From the NCBI RefSeq assembly GCF_009914755.1, contig NC_060932.1: a stretch of 64,000 nt of DNA. The stretch is one strand, 5' to 3'. A program made the translations under genes and the position numbers. Below the pieces are notes generated by a model. That model saw only the letters and a list, made by a program, of their open reading frames with translations, ran no database searches and was not told the DNA's origin. The DNA is from the human T2T-CHM13v2.0 reference genome, Homo sapiens. Of the stretch, positions 34,964 through 46,881 are shown piece after piece (position 1 is the first letter of the stretch; each line of letters starts with the position of its first letter).

Positions 34964-36245
34964 CTGGCATGTATTAATTTTCTTTTTCCATTCAGGTTGA
35001 AATTTTCCTGGTTCTTGATATGATGAGTGATTTTCAACTGAAACTTGGAAATTTGGGTACTGTGCATCTTATGTAAATCTTGTCTTTTACCTAGCTTTCT
35101 CTGAGAGATTTCTCTGGTAAGGGAGGAAGCTGCTGTCCCATTACTGTCAGGTGGGTGTAGATGTCCAAGTTTTCTGCTTCGCCTTCATTGACATTCAATA
35201 TAGGGGTCTCCTTATTTCTGCTCAGTGGAGGGAGTTTTGGCAGCCCATGAAGCTTCTACTGATACTAACCTGGCTGGGAGAAGCAGAAGTATCTATTATT
35301 TCTCTCCATGTGTCTTCCACAGACACCACAGGGAGTGTGTGTTACCCCTGGGCAGTGATTAAAATTTTCACTCTCACATAGATCTCTTCTGATAGCACTC
35401 AACCAGATAGGAGAGGAACACCCTTGCTGTTGGATGTGGATAGGTTCATACTTTTTCTATGGTATCTGGATGAAGTAGAGTGGTTACTGTCTAAAACTCT
35501 TCTGTCTGGCTCTTGTTGTTTGACATGAGGAGAAGGTTTTCCTTGGGTTTAGAAAAAAATCTGATTTTCTGGTTTCTTCAACTCCGATTCTGAAATATAC
35601 GAGGCAAAAGAAAAACTTAAAAACTCACCATCATGTCTTTCCCTTTATTGGGACTTAATGAAAAGGTGGGTTGCTTCCTTAATGGCCAGGGCATGAAAAA
35701 GAAATGTATGGTTTAATGAAGATTATAGGAACCACTGATATGCTTATTGCTCAATCTTCAGGTTTATTTTCCAGATGATAGACTCAGCTAATTCCTCAAT
35801 TTGGCCACAGTGGTCTTTTCCAGCAGATTTGTGATCAAAGCACTACATATTTTTTTCTAGAATCTGTAAGCTACCCTACGAATAGTCCCGTTTGCATGGG
35901 ATGAGCAATGCACAAGGGTCGGGGGTTGGTGCCAAGTACTCTAAAGACCCTCGAAACCCTTGTCTTGTCCCTATATCTCATAATCTTTCCAAACTTTCCT
36001 ATTCTCATGTTACACACCCAGAAGCATTTCCCGCATCTCTTTCCCCTTCAATCATTCATTTTTATATTCAACAAAGTTGAATAGAATATTTACTACATGG
36101 GAGGCATATAACAACCGGAAAAACACCAGTAAACAAGACACAGGAAGTTCACATTCTGAGTCTGGTGTAATTGTTTCAGAGAGCTTTTAGAACACAGTGC
36201 TGCCTTTTCTTTCCTGCAGGAGGTATTGAGAACAAGCAGGTGAAG

Positions 36246-36557
36246 TTTTTTGTTTTTGTTTTTGTTTTTGTTTTGAGATGGAGTCTCGCTCTGTCACCCA
36301 GGCTAGAGTGCAGTGGTGTGATCTCGGCTTCACTGTAACCTCCACCTCTCCAGTTCAAGTGATTCTCCTGCCTCAGCACCCCGAGCAACTGGGATTACAG
36401 GCATGTTCCACCATGCCTGGCTAATTTTTGTGTTTTTAGTAGAGATGGGGTTTCATCATGTTGGCTAGGTTGGTCTTGAACTCCTGACTTCAAGTGATAC
36501 ACCCGCCTAGGCTTCCCAAAGTGCTGGGATTACAGGCATGAGCCACCACGACTGGCC
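36246..36557 (-). mobile_element. AluS
   Basis: (TTTTTG)n tail and a full Alu reverse-complement body. Confidence 0.95.
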
Positions 36558-36620
36558 TGAAGAATTTGTTTTTCTTAGCGCTCATTTGATGAAATATGGC
36601 ACTGACACCATTACATGTAC

Positions 36621-36915
36621 TTGGTCTCATTTGTGCCTTGAGTCTCCATTCCTCCCCCTTTTCACCTTAGAAATCAAAGCACACATTAAAACTAACAGAT
36701 AGGAGTACAAAAAAAATCCCTAGGCTTAACGTCATCCCATCCAATTTCACAGTAGGCAGTAAAAGAAATGGCAAAATTTGAAAACTCTGATTCAGTAAAT
36801 GTCTGCAATTTCTTTCAGCATTTTAGACAGACTGGAGATCAAGGGGCCAAAGGTATATACAAAGATACATTCTGGTAATGTAGCAGAGCTGCTGGCCTCT
36901 GGAAACATGAACATT
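36621..36915 (-). pseudogene. Two candidate exons (36751-36915 and 36621-36665) with an 85-nt intron
   Basis: Acceptors tgattttcccag|AATGTT and tttgatttctaag|GTGAAA. Readings include MFMFPEASSSATLPECIFVYTFGPLISSLSKMLKEIADI and EKGEEWRLKAQMRP. Donors are weak. Confidence 0.4.
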
Positions 36916-36944
36916 CTGGGAAAATCAGCATAAAAGAGAATTAA

Positions 36945-37550
36945 ATTTTATTTTAACTTGCTATTTTTATTTACATAAATGTAGATTCACATGCAGCTAT
37001 AAGAAATAATAGGAAGATTTATCAAATTTCCCTAAATGGTAACATGTTACTAAACTATGGCATAATGTCACAAACAGAATATTGACATTGATACAATTGA
37101 ACAACTTTATTAAAATTTCTCACTTTACTTGTATTTGTTTGTATGTGTGTGTAGAAGCAATACAATTTTATCACATACATAATTTCTGTGTTCGCCACCC
37201 TAATCAAGATGCTAAACTATTGTTCTGTGTCAAGGTAATGCCAAGTAATACTGAATAATATTCAGTTATACCAAGGTATTAACATCAAACCATGAGAGCT
37301 AACCATACCCTATAATTTTATCATTTCAAAATATTATATAAGTGGAATTGTAGAGTATACACGTTTTGGGATTAGATTTTTTCACTCTGGATAATTTCCT
37401 GGAGATTTGTCCAAGTTGTTTAGTGTATCAGAATTCAGTCCTTTTAATATCGTTCAGTAGTATTCAACAGTATGAGTGTACGATAGTGTCTGTTGGTACT
37501 CAGCTAATGCCATATTTGTGATTAGATTTCACATTCATATATTATTGGCT
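36945..37550 (-). mobile_element. Old L1 3' end (L1MB/L1MC-like)
   Basis: gtagattcacatgcagctataagaaataat motif; a similar motif lies near 15620. Confidence 0.65.
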
Positions 37551-37824
37551 GCCCTAAAACACACTGTATGTCATTTGATTCTTGCAGCAATGTTTCAAGG
37601 TGGGTGCTGTCATTTGATGGTTGCAGACACTGAGGATCAGTGAGCTGAAATGTCTGGTGGGGATCGCACAGCTGAATTGGGTCTGAGCTGCAGCTCACAC
37701 TCTTAGGTCTAGAATCCACATGGCCTCCTTTAGTACACAACAGAACAGAGTTGGAAATCCAAGGGTGACATTCAGGGTGCTGTGCTTCCTCAACTAGGTA
37801 GGACCCCACATCTCATTATAGCAG

Positions 37825-37825
<1 letters not shown>

Positions 37826-37858
<33 letters not shown>

Positions 37859-37975
37859 GGAGAGAGAGAGAGAGAAAATGAGAGAGAGAGAGAGAAAGAG
37901 AGAGAAAATGACAGAGAGAGAGAGAGAGAGACAGATATAGAGAAAGAAACAGAGACAGAGGAACAGAGACAAAGA
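37826..37975. repeat. (TG)n-(AG)n compound microsatellite
   Basis: Directly visible. Confidence 0.95.
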
Positions 37976-38454
37976 AAAGCAGTTAGAGACTCTGATTTTC
38001 AATGTCCTCAGCATATAATATTTGCTATGCACTTTTTAACTTTAGTCTTCAATGAAAATCTCATATCTAGTATTTTCTACAAATACAGACACCAGTAATT
38101 TGATACACACTCAGGCAGATATCTCTAGGTAATTTGTTTATCCAAATGATGCCTAATTTCATGACACTCATTTCTCAACTATATTGCTATGCCACATTTA
38201 ATTGACTGCCCTGCCATTCACATATGAAATTTAAAGTAAAATTAATGTGCGTGACATATTTATGTTCCAGTATGGCAGCATAGGCCCACAGGGAATTTGT
38301 AGGCACTGAGAAATTGATATGTGACCTGGAGACCTTATAAATAAAAAAATAGCATAATCACTTATCAAGCTTTGACATAACGAAGACAAACACCTTTCTA
38401 TCATTAGGTAGGAAGAAGGAAGGGGTTGCCTAGGTCACTAAAGGATGTGAGTTG

Positions 38455-38827
38455 CATCCTTATTATCTGCAGGAGACCTCTGTGTTACCATTAGAATCAC
38501 ATCATTGTTATCAGTAGGACACCATCTTTGTTATCTGTGGGATCCCATCCTTACTATCTGTGGGATCCCATCCTTACTATCTGTGGGATCATACCCTCGC
38601 TATCTGTGGGATCCTATCTTCACTATCTGTGAGATCACAACCTCGTAGTCTATCTGCAGGATGATGCTACTGTTATCTGAAGATCACATCCTTGTTATCT
38701 GTAGGATTACGTCTTTGTATCTGTAGCATCAGATCTTTATCTTTGGGATCACGTCGTTGTTATCTTTAGGGTCACATCTTCATTATCGGTAGGATTATAT
38801 CATCTTTGTTATCTGTGGGATCACATT
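38455..38827. repeat. Minisatellite, about 22-bp unit (atccttactatctgtgggatcc)
   Basis: More than 15 degenerate copies, with near-identical copies at about 38533-38590. Confidence 0.85.
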
Positions 38828-39051
38828 CCTGGAGACGTTATTTTATCCTAGCACCAGAGCCATTGGAACAAGTGCATATTAAATTACCTCTATTGACAAT
38901 GAATCAGGGATTTATAAGTAATTTTTTTCTTTTAGTTTGTGAACTTGGAGGGAAGGAGAAAGGCATAATGGTAATTGAGAAAGAAAAGTGGGGTTGAGAG
39001 GAAGCTTGCCTTTTGGAGGAGAACAGTGGTTGTTTCAGACTTGAAACAGTC

Positions 39052-42000
39052 TGATTGGTATGAGTTGGTATCTCATTGTGGCTTTGATTTGCAATTCTGT
39101 AATAATCAATGATGTTGAGCCTTTTTTCATATGATTGTTGGCTGCATAAATGTCTTCTTTTGAGAAATGTCTGTTCATATCCTTTGCCCACTTTTTGATA
39201 GGGTTGTTTGTTTTTTCTTGTAAATTTGTTTAAGTTCCTTGTAGATTCTGGAGATTAGACTTTTGTCAGATGGGTAGATCGCAAAAATTTTCTCCCATTC
39301 TGTAGGTTGCCTGTTCACTCTGATGATAGCTTCTTTTGCTGTGCAGAAGCTCTTTGGTTTAATCAGATCCCTTCAGTCAATTTTGGCTTTTGTTGCCATT
39401 GCTTTTGGCATTTTCATCATGAAGTCTTTGCCCATGCCTGTGTACTGAATGGTATTGCTTAGGTTTTCTTCTAGGGTTTTTATGGTTTTGGGTTTTACAT
39501 TTAAGTCTTTATCTTGAGTTAATTTTTGTATAAGGTGTAAGGAAGGGGTCCAGTTTCCGTTTTTTGAATATGGTTAGTCAGTTTTCCCAGCACTAATTAT
39601 TAAATAGGGAATCCTTTCCCCGTTGCTTGTTTGTGTCAGGTTGTCGAAGATCAGATGGATGTAGGTGTGCGGCATTATTTCTGAGGCCTCTGTTCTGTTC
39701 CATTGGTCTATATGTCTATTTTGATACCAGTACCATGCTGTTTTGGTCACTGCAGACTTGTAGTATAGCTTGAAGTCAGGCAGTGTGATGCCTCCAGCCA
39801 TGTTCTTTTTGCTTAGGATTGTATTGGCTATATGGATTCTTTTTTGGTTCCATATGAAATTTAAAGCAGTTTTTTTTTTCTAATTCTGTGAAGAATGTCA
39901 ATGGCACTTTGATGGGAATAGCATTGAATCTTTAAATTACATTGGGCAGTATGGCCATTTTCATGATATTGATTCTTCCTATCCATGAGCATGGAATGTT
40001 TTTCCCTTTGTTTGTGTCCTCTCTTATTTCCTTGGGCAGTGGTTTATAGTTCCCCCTTGAAGAGGTCCTTCACATCCCTTGTTAGCTGTATTTCTCGGTA
40101 TTCATTGTCTTTGTAGCAATCGTGAATGGGAGTTCACTCATGATTTGGCTCTCTGCTTGTCTATTGTTGGTGTATAGGAATGCTTGTAATTTTTGCACAA
40201 TGATTTTTTATATTGATACTTTGCTAAAGTTGCTTATCAGCTTAAGGAATCTTTGGGCTGAGACGATGGGGTTTTCTAAATACAGAATAATGTCATCTGC
40301 AAACAGAGACAATTTGACTTCCTCTCTTCCTGTTTGAATATCCTTTATTTCTTTCTCTTGCCTGATCTCCCTGGCCAGAATTTCCAATACTATGTCTAAT
40401 AGGAGAGGTGAGAGATGGCATCCTTGTCTTGTGCTGGTTTTCAAGGGGAATGTTTCTAGCTTTTGCCCATTCAGTATGATATTGGCTGCAGGTTTGCCAT
40501 AAATGGCTCCTATTCTTTTGAGATATGTTCCATCAATATCTAGTTTATTGAGAGGTTTTTAACATGATGATGTGTTGAATTTTATCGAAGGCCTTTCTGC
40601 ATCAATTGAGCTAATCATGTGGTTTTTGTCATTTGTCCCTTTTATGTGATGGATGATGTTTATTGATTTGCGTATGTTGAACCAGCCTTGCATCCCAGGG
40701 ATGAAGCCTACTTCATCATCGTGGGTAAGTTTTTGATGTGCTGCTGGATTTGGTTTGCCAGTATTTTATTGAGGATTTTTGCATGGATGTTCATCAGGGT
40801 TAATGGTCTGAAATTTTCTTTTTTTGTTGTGTCTCTGCCAGGTTTTGGTATCAGGATGATGCCGGCTTCATAAAACGAGTTAGGGAGGAGTCTCTCCTTT
40901 TCAATTACTTGGAATAGTTTCAGAAGGAATTGTACAAGCTCCTCTTTGTGTCTCTGGTATAATTCAGCTATGAATCCATCTGGTCCTGGGCTTTTTTTGG
41001 TTGGTAGGCCATTAATTACTGCCTCAATTTCAGAACTTGTTGGTCTATTCAGGGATTTGACTTCTACCTGGTTTAGTCTTGGGAGGGTGTATGTGTCCAG
41101 GAATTTATCCATTTCTTCTAAATTTTCTAGTTTATTTGTGTAGAAGTCTTTATAGTATTTTCTGATGGTAGTTTGTATTTCTGTGGAGTCAGTGGTGATA
41201 TCCCTTTTATCATTTTTTATTGTTCTATTTGATTCTTCTCTCTTTTCTTCCTTATTAGTCTAGCTAGTGGTATATCTATTTTGTTAATTTTCTTAAAAAA
41301 ACCAGCTCCTGGATTCATTAATTATTTTGGAGGGTTTTCCATGTCTCTATCTCCATCAGTTCTGCTCTAATCTTAGTTATTTCTTGTCTTCTGCTAAGTT
41401 TTGGATTAGTTCACTTTTGCTTCTCTCACGCTTTTAATTGCGATGTTAGGGCATCAATTTGAGATCTTTCTAGCTTTCTGATGTGGGCATTTAGTGCTAT
41501 ACATTTCCCTCTTGACACTGCTTTAGCTGTGTCCCAGAGATTCTGGTACATTGTCTCTTTGTTCTCATTGGTTTCAAATAAGTTCTTGATTTCTGCCTTA
41601 ATTTCATTATTTACCCAGGAATCATTCAGGAGTAGGTTGTTCAATTTCCATGTAGTTGTGCAGTTTTTCAGTGAGTTTCTTAATGCTGAGTTGTAATTTG
41701 ATTGCACTGTGGTTTGAGAGACTGTTTGTTATGACTTCAGTTCTTTTGCGCTTGCTGAGGAGTGTTTTACTTCCAATTATGTGGTGTACTTTAGAATAAG
41801 TGCCATGCAGCACTGAGAAGAATGTATATTCTGTTGATTTGGGGAGGAGAGTTCTGTAGATGTCAATTAGGTCTACCTGATCCAGAGCTGAGTTCAAGTT
41901 CTGAGTATCCTTGTTAATTTTCTGTCTCATTAATCTTTCTAATATAGGCAATGGGGTGCTAAAGTCTCCCAGTATTATTGTGTGGAAGTCTAAGTCTCTT

Positions 42001-44851
42001 TGTAGGTCTCTGAGAACTAGCTTTATGAATCTGGGTGCTCCTGTATTGGGTGCATATATATTTAGGATAGTTAACTCTTCTTGTTGCATTGATCCCTTTA
42101 CCATTACGTAATGCCCTTCTTTGATCTTTGTTGGTTTAAAGTCTGTTTTGTCAGAGACTAGTATTACAACCTCTGTTTTTTTTTTTTCTGCTTTCCAATT
42201 GCTTGTTAAATTTCCTCCATCCCTTTATTTTGAGCCTATGTGTGTCTTTGCATGTGAGATGTGTCTTCTGAATACAGCACACTGATGGGTCTTGACTCTA
42301 TCCAGTTTGCCAGTCTGTGTCTTTTTTTTTTTTTTTTTTGAGACAGAGTCTTGCTCTTGTTGCTTAGGCTGGAGGCAGTCTATATCTTTTGATTGTGACA
42401 TTTAGCCCATTTACATTTAATGTATGTGAATTTGATCCATCATCATGATACTAGCTGGTTATTTTGCACAATTGTTGAACAGTTTCTTCACAATGTTTTT
42501 GGTCTTTATATTTTTGTGTGTTTTTGCAGTGGCTGGTACTGGTTTTTCCTTTCCATATTTAGTGCTTCCTTCAGGAGCTCTTGCAAGGGACGCCTGGTGG
42601 TGATCAAATCTCTCAGCATTTGCTTGTCTGGAAACTATTATATTTCCCTTTGCTTCTGATTCTTAGTTTGCCTCGATATGAAATTCTAGGTTGAAAATTC
42701 TTTTCTGTAAGAATATTGAATATCGGTCCCCATTCTCTTCTTGCTTGTAGGGTTTCTGCTGAGAGATCGACTGTTAGTGTGATGGGCTTCCCTCTGTAGG
42801 TAACCTGACCTTTTTTCTGGCTGCCCTTAATATTTTTTCCTTCATTTTGACCTTGGAGAATCTGATGATTATGTGTCTTGGAGTTGTCTTCTTGTGGAAT
42901 ATGTTAGTGGTGTTCTCTGTATTTCCTAAATTTGAATGTTGGCCTATCTTGCTAGATTGGAGACATTGTCCTGGATGATATCCTAAAGTATGTTTTCCAA
43001 CTTAGTTCTATTTGCCTGGTACTCCAATAAATCATATGTTTAGTCTTTTTACATATTCCCATATTTCTCAGAGGTTTTGTTCATTCCTTTTTATTCTTTT
43101 TTTCTCTAATTTTGCCTGAATGCCTTATTTCAGCCAGATGGCCTTCAAACTCTGATATACTTTCTTCTGCTTGATCTATGTGGCTATTGATACTTCTGTG
43201 TGCTTCACGATGTTCTTGTGCTGTGTTTCCCAGATCCATCAGGTTATTTATCTTCCTCTCTAAACTGGTTATTCTAGTTAGCACCTCCTATAACCTTTTA
43301 TCAAGGTTCTTAGCTTCTTTGTATTGGGTTAGAACATGCTGCTTTAACTCAGCAGAGTTTGTCATTACCGACCTCCTAAAGCCTACCTCTGTCAATTCAT
43401 CCATTTCATCCTCCGTCCACTTTTGTGCCCTTGCTGGAGAGGTGTAGAAATCACTTGGTGGAGAAGAGGCACTCTGGCCTTTTAGGTTTTCAGCGTTTTT
43501 TTTTGTTGTTGTTGTTGATTCTTTCTCATCTTCATGAGTTGGTCTAGTATCGATCTTTGAGGATGCTGACCCTTGGATGGGCTTTTGTAGGGACTTTTTT
43601 TGTTGATGCTGTTGTTGTTGCTTTCTGTTTGTTTGTTTTTGTTGCAATTGTCAGGTCCCTCTTCTGTAGGGCTGCTGCAGTTTGCTGGGGGTTCATTTCA
43701 GGCCCTATTTATCTGGTTAGGTCCTGTGCCTGGAGATGTCACTTGAGGACGCTGGAAAATAGCAAATATGGGTGCCTGCTCCTTCCTCTGGGATCTCTGA
43801 CCTCGAGGGGCACTGACCTGATGCCAGTAGGAATGGTCCTGTATAGGGTGTCTGACAACCCCTGTTGGAGGGTTTCACCCAGTTGGGTGGCACAGGGAGC
43901 AGGACCTGTTTAACAAAGCACTTTGTCCCTTGGTGGAGGTGGGTGTGCTTTGCTGGGGGGAAACACACTTGTCTGCACTGCCCAGATACCTCAGACCTAG
44001 TAGGAGTAAAGACTAAGTGTGCTGATTCATAGAGACTGTGGCCATCCCTCTCCCTAAGGGCTCAGGTCCAGGGAGATCAGAGTTCTGTCCCTGAGCCCCT
44101 GGCTGGAGTTCTTGGAGTTCCTGCAGGGAGGCCCTGCCTAGTGAGGAGGGATGGGGTCAAGGTTAGGCCTGAAGAGGCACTCTGTCTGCAGTCTGACACA
44201 GCCGGTGTGTTGAGCTGTGGGGGATACCTCTTGGGACCAAGCCGTCCAGCCTGCCCGGCTCCAGCAAGGGAAAAGCACAGCCTGGAGCTATAGAGTTGGC
44301 TGCCACTCTTCCCCTGCCCTGGGAGCTTAGTGTGTTACTGAACTATCAGTCCCATTGTTGGCTGTTGCCCCTCCCCCAAGGAGCTCAAACAACTTAGACT
44401 ACAGGCAGCTGCAGCTGTGGTGCTGGTCACCCCTCCTTCTGGGAGCTGGGCAGGCTTAAGCAGATTCTAGCTTAGTGGCTGTTGAGAATCTGTGCAGCTC
44501 TGGGGTTAGGACCCTAGGCCCTGGTGGCATGGGCTCACCAGTTGGATCTTCTGATCCGTGGGTTGCAATTTCATGGAAAAATCACGTTTACCAAGGCTGG
44601 GTAGCACGCTTACTCACCACCTCTCTTGGCTGGGGGTGGGCACTCACCTGCCCCGTGTGGTTCTCAGGTGGTCCCCAGCATCACATTGCTCTTCCTTTCT
44701 CTCTGTGGGTCATACCAGCTGCCTAGTCAGTTCTGATGACAGAACCTGTATTCCTCAGTTGCTGGTGCAAGATTCACACGCTGTTATGGTTCTTTTCGAT
44801 GGGAGCCTCCAATTACCACTTATTTTAGTTGGCCATCTCTGCCCCAGCCCC
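39052..44851 (-). mobile_element. Older L1PA with long 5'UTR, 3' end missing
   Basis: ORF2 and ORF1 fragments. The 5' end reads ...tagttggccatctctgccccagccc. The left end stops inside the ORF2 C-terminus with no 3'UTR or poly(A). Confidence 0.88.
42322..42374 (-). mobile_element. Severely 5'-truncated Alu inside L1
   Basis: T-run plus gagacagagtcttgctcttgttgcttaggctggag. TSD cagtctgtgtctttt / cagtctatatctttt. Confidence 0.85.
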
Positions 44852-44852
44852 A

Positions 44853-45287
44853 TCTCTGTTTTTGATTGATCTTGTCAAAAGACTTAGGTTGTCCATTAAG
44901 GTATTTCTAATGACTTCACTTATACAGCTGAGTGCACACAATTACCCACCATAGTGATATGTGTTTATACATTTCACTTTTGACTGATTTCTTTATGACC
45001 ACAGTTCATCTGATTATAACTGTTACACCCATGTGACTGTCATTAGTATTCTTGAGTGTTTATGTTTGCAAAAATATGTATATTATTGCCTATTTTTTTG
45101 TGTAAAGTGGCCTATGAAGTGTTCTGTCATATTTTTATGTTTCTCAAGCAAATCCCCTTTTACAAATGTGATTAAATATTTTTATAGGATTTTTAAAATT
45201 ATTTTTTCCAGAATTATATTTTTGGGATTTCAATACTCAGGATTATGGCATTGGAGATTTTGTCTTTTGGGATTATGATCAGCTCCC
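44853..45287. mobile_element. Ricksha-like (MULE) DNA transposon end
   Basis: Terminus ...gtcttttgggattatgatcagctccc with repeated gggatt subterminal motifs; family from memory. Confidence 0.6.
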
Positions 45288-45396
45288 ATTCCTTAAAGAT
45301 TATGTTCATATGTGTAGAGCATTCATTAGAAACTTATCTCTAGAAAGAATTATAGGTATTATCTAATTCATTTGTGCCATTAGTCTGCTCAGGCTG

Positions 45397-45788
45397 TGTG
45401 TTAGGCTGTTCATGTGTTGCTGTAAAGAAATACCTGAAGCTGGATAACTTATAAAGAAAATAGTTTTAATTGGCTCATGGTTCTGCAGGCTACACAGAAA
45501 GTGTGGTATCAGCATGTGCTTCTGGTGAGGCCTCAGGGAGCTCACAGTAATGGAGGAAAGTGCAAGGGGAGCTGGCATCTCATGTGGCGAGAGAGGGGGC
45601 AAGGGGCAGGGAGGTGCCACACACTTTAAAACAACCAGATCTTGGAGAACTCACTATGGCAAAGACAGCACCAAGCCATGAGGGATCTGCCCCCACGCTC
45701 CAATCACCTCCCGCCAGGCTCCACCTCCAACACTGGGGATCACAATTCAACATGACATTTGGAGGGAACAAATATCTAAGCCATATCA
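45397..45788 (-). mobile_element. MST (MaLR) LTR nested in an MLT1 fragment
   Basis: gtgttaggctgttc...gctgtaaagaaatacctg...ccatatca; TSD about ggctg/ggatg. MLT1 resumes at ccataacagaataccacaga. Confidence 0.8.
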
Positions 45789-46429
45789 GGATGCCATAAC
45801 AGAATACCACAGATTAGATGACTTAAACAACAACAAAATATTTTCTCACTGTTCTGGAGGCAGGAAGTCCAAGACCAAGGTGCTGGCAGGACACCTTTCC
45901 TCAGGGGCCTCACTCATTGGTTTGAGGACAGCTGCCCCTGCTGCCTCTACACAAATTGTCCCTCCGCCCCACTGGCTGATCTCCTTCCGTGACTCCTCCC
46001 CACCTTCTTAATCCCCAAGCTTTGCATTGCCTTTGCGCTTTGTCCTTGCTTGGTTCTCCCCTGTATTGCGTCTATACCTACTCCAACAGAGACACATCCA
46101 GTCTCATTGCTTGAAATGCCCCCTACCTTACATTTTTATCTCCACCCTGAAGCTCTCCCCTGGTTTCTGGATTGCTTTATACAGTTGTATTATTGATATT
46201 TGCATTGAATATCCTTCAGACATTGAGAACTTAACTGGCCTGTCCACACCTGTTTACCTGACATTGCTCCTCAAGCCTCCCTGTCCCCTGATTACCTGAC
46301 ACTGCTCCTCAAGCCTCCCTGTCCCACGCCCTTCTCCATCCCAATTCAAGCAACTATCTGTTTTGATTGGGATTATTGCAACTGTCCTCTAACTGCCCTT
46401 GCTTCCTCCAGCCAGAGTAGTCCTAGTAA

Positions 46430-46450
46430 AATGATATATATATGTATATA

Positions 46451-46500
<50 letters not shown>

Positions 46501-46881
46501 GGGTATTAACTCACATGATCACAAGGTCCCATAATAGGCCGTCTACAAGCTGAGGAGCAAGGAAGCCGGTCCGAGTTCCAAACCTGAAAAACTTGGAGTC
46601 CGATGTTTAAGGGCAGGAAGCATACAGCATACAGGAGAAAGATGGAGGCTGGGAGGCTAAGCCAGTCTAGTCTTTTCACTTTCTTCTTCCTGCTTTTTAT
46701 TCTGGCTGCACTGGCAGCTGATTAGATTGTGCCCACCCAGATTAAGAGGGGCAGTCTGTCTTTTTCCCAGTACACTGACTCATATGTGAATCTCCTTTGG
46801 CAACACCCTTACAGACATACCCAGGAACAGTACTTTGCATCCTTCAATCCAATCAAGTTGACACTCAGTATTAACCATCAC
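46430..46881 (-). mobile_element. MLT2A-like ERVL LTR with (TA)n tract
   Basis: tattaactcacatgatcacaaggtccc...ttgacactcagtattaaccatcaca. Confidence 0.85.

Noticed and set aside
38455-38827. CRISPR-like array
   Set aside because: Head-to-tail units without unique spacers, in primate DNA: a minisatellite.
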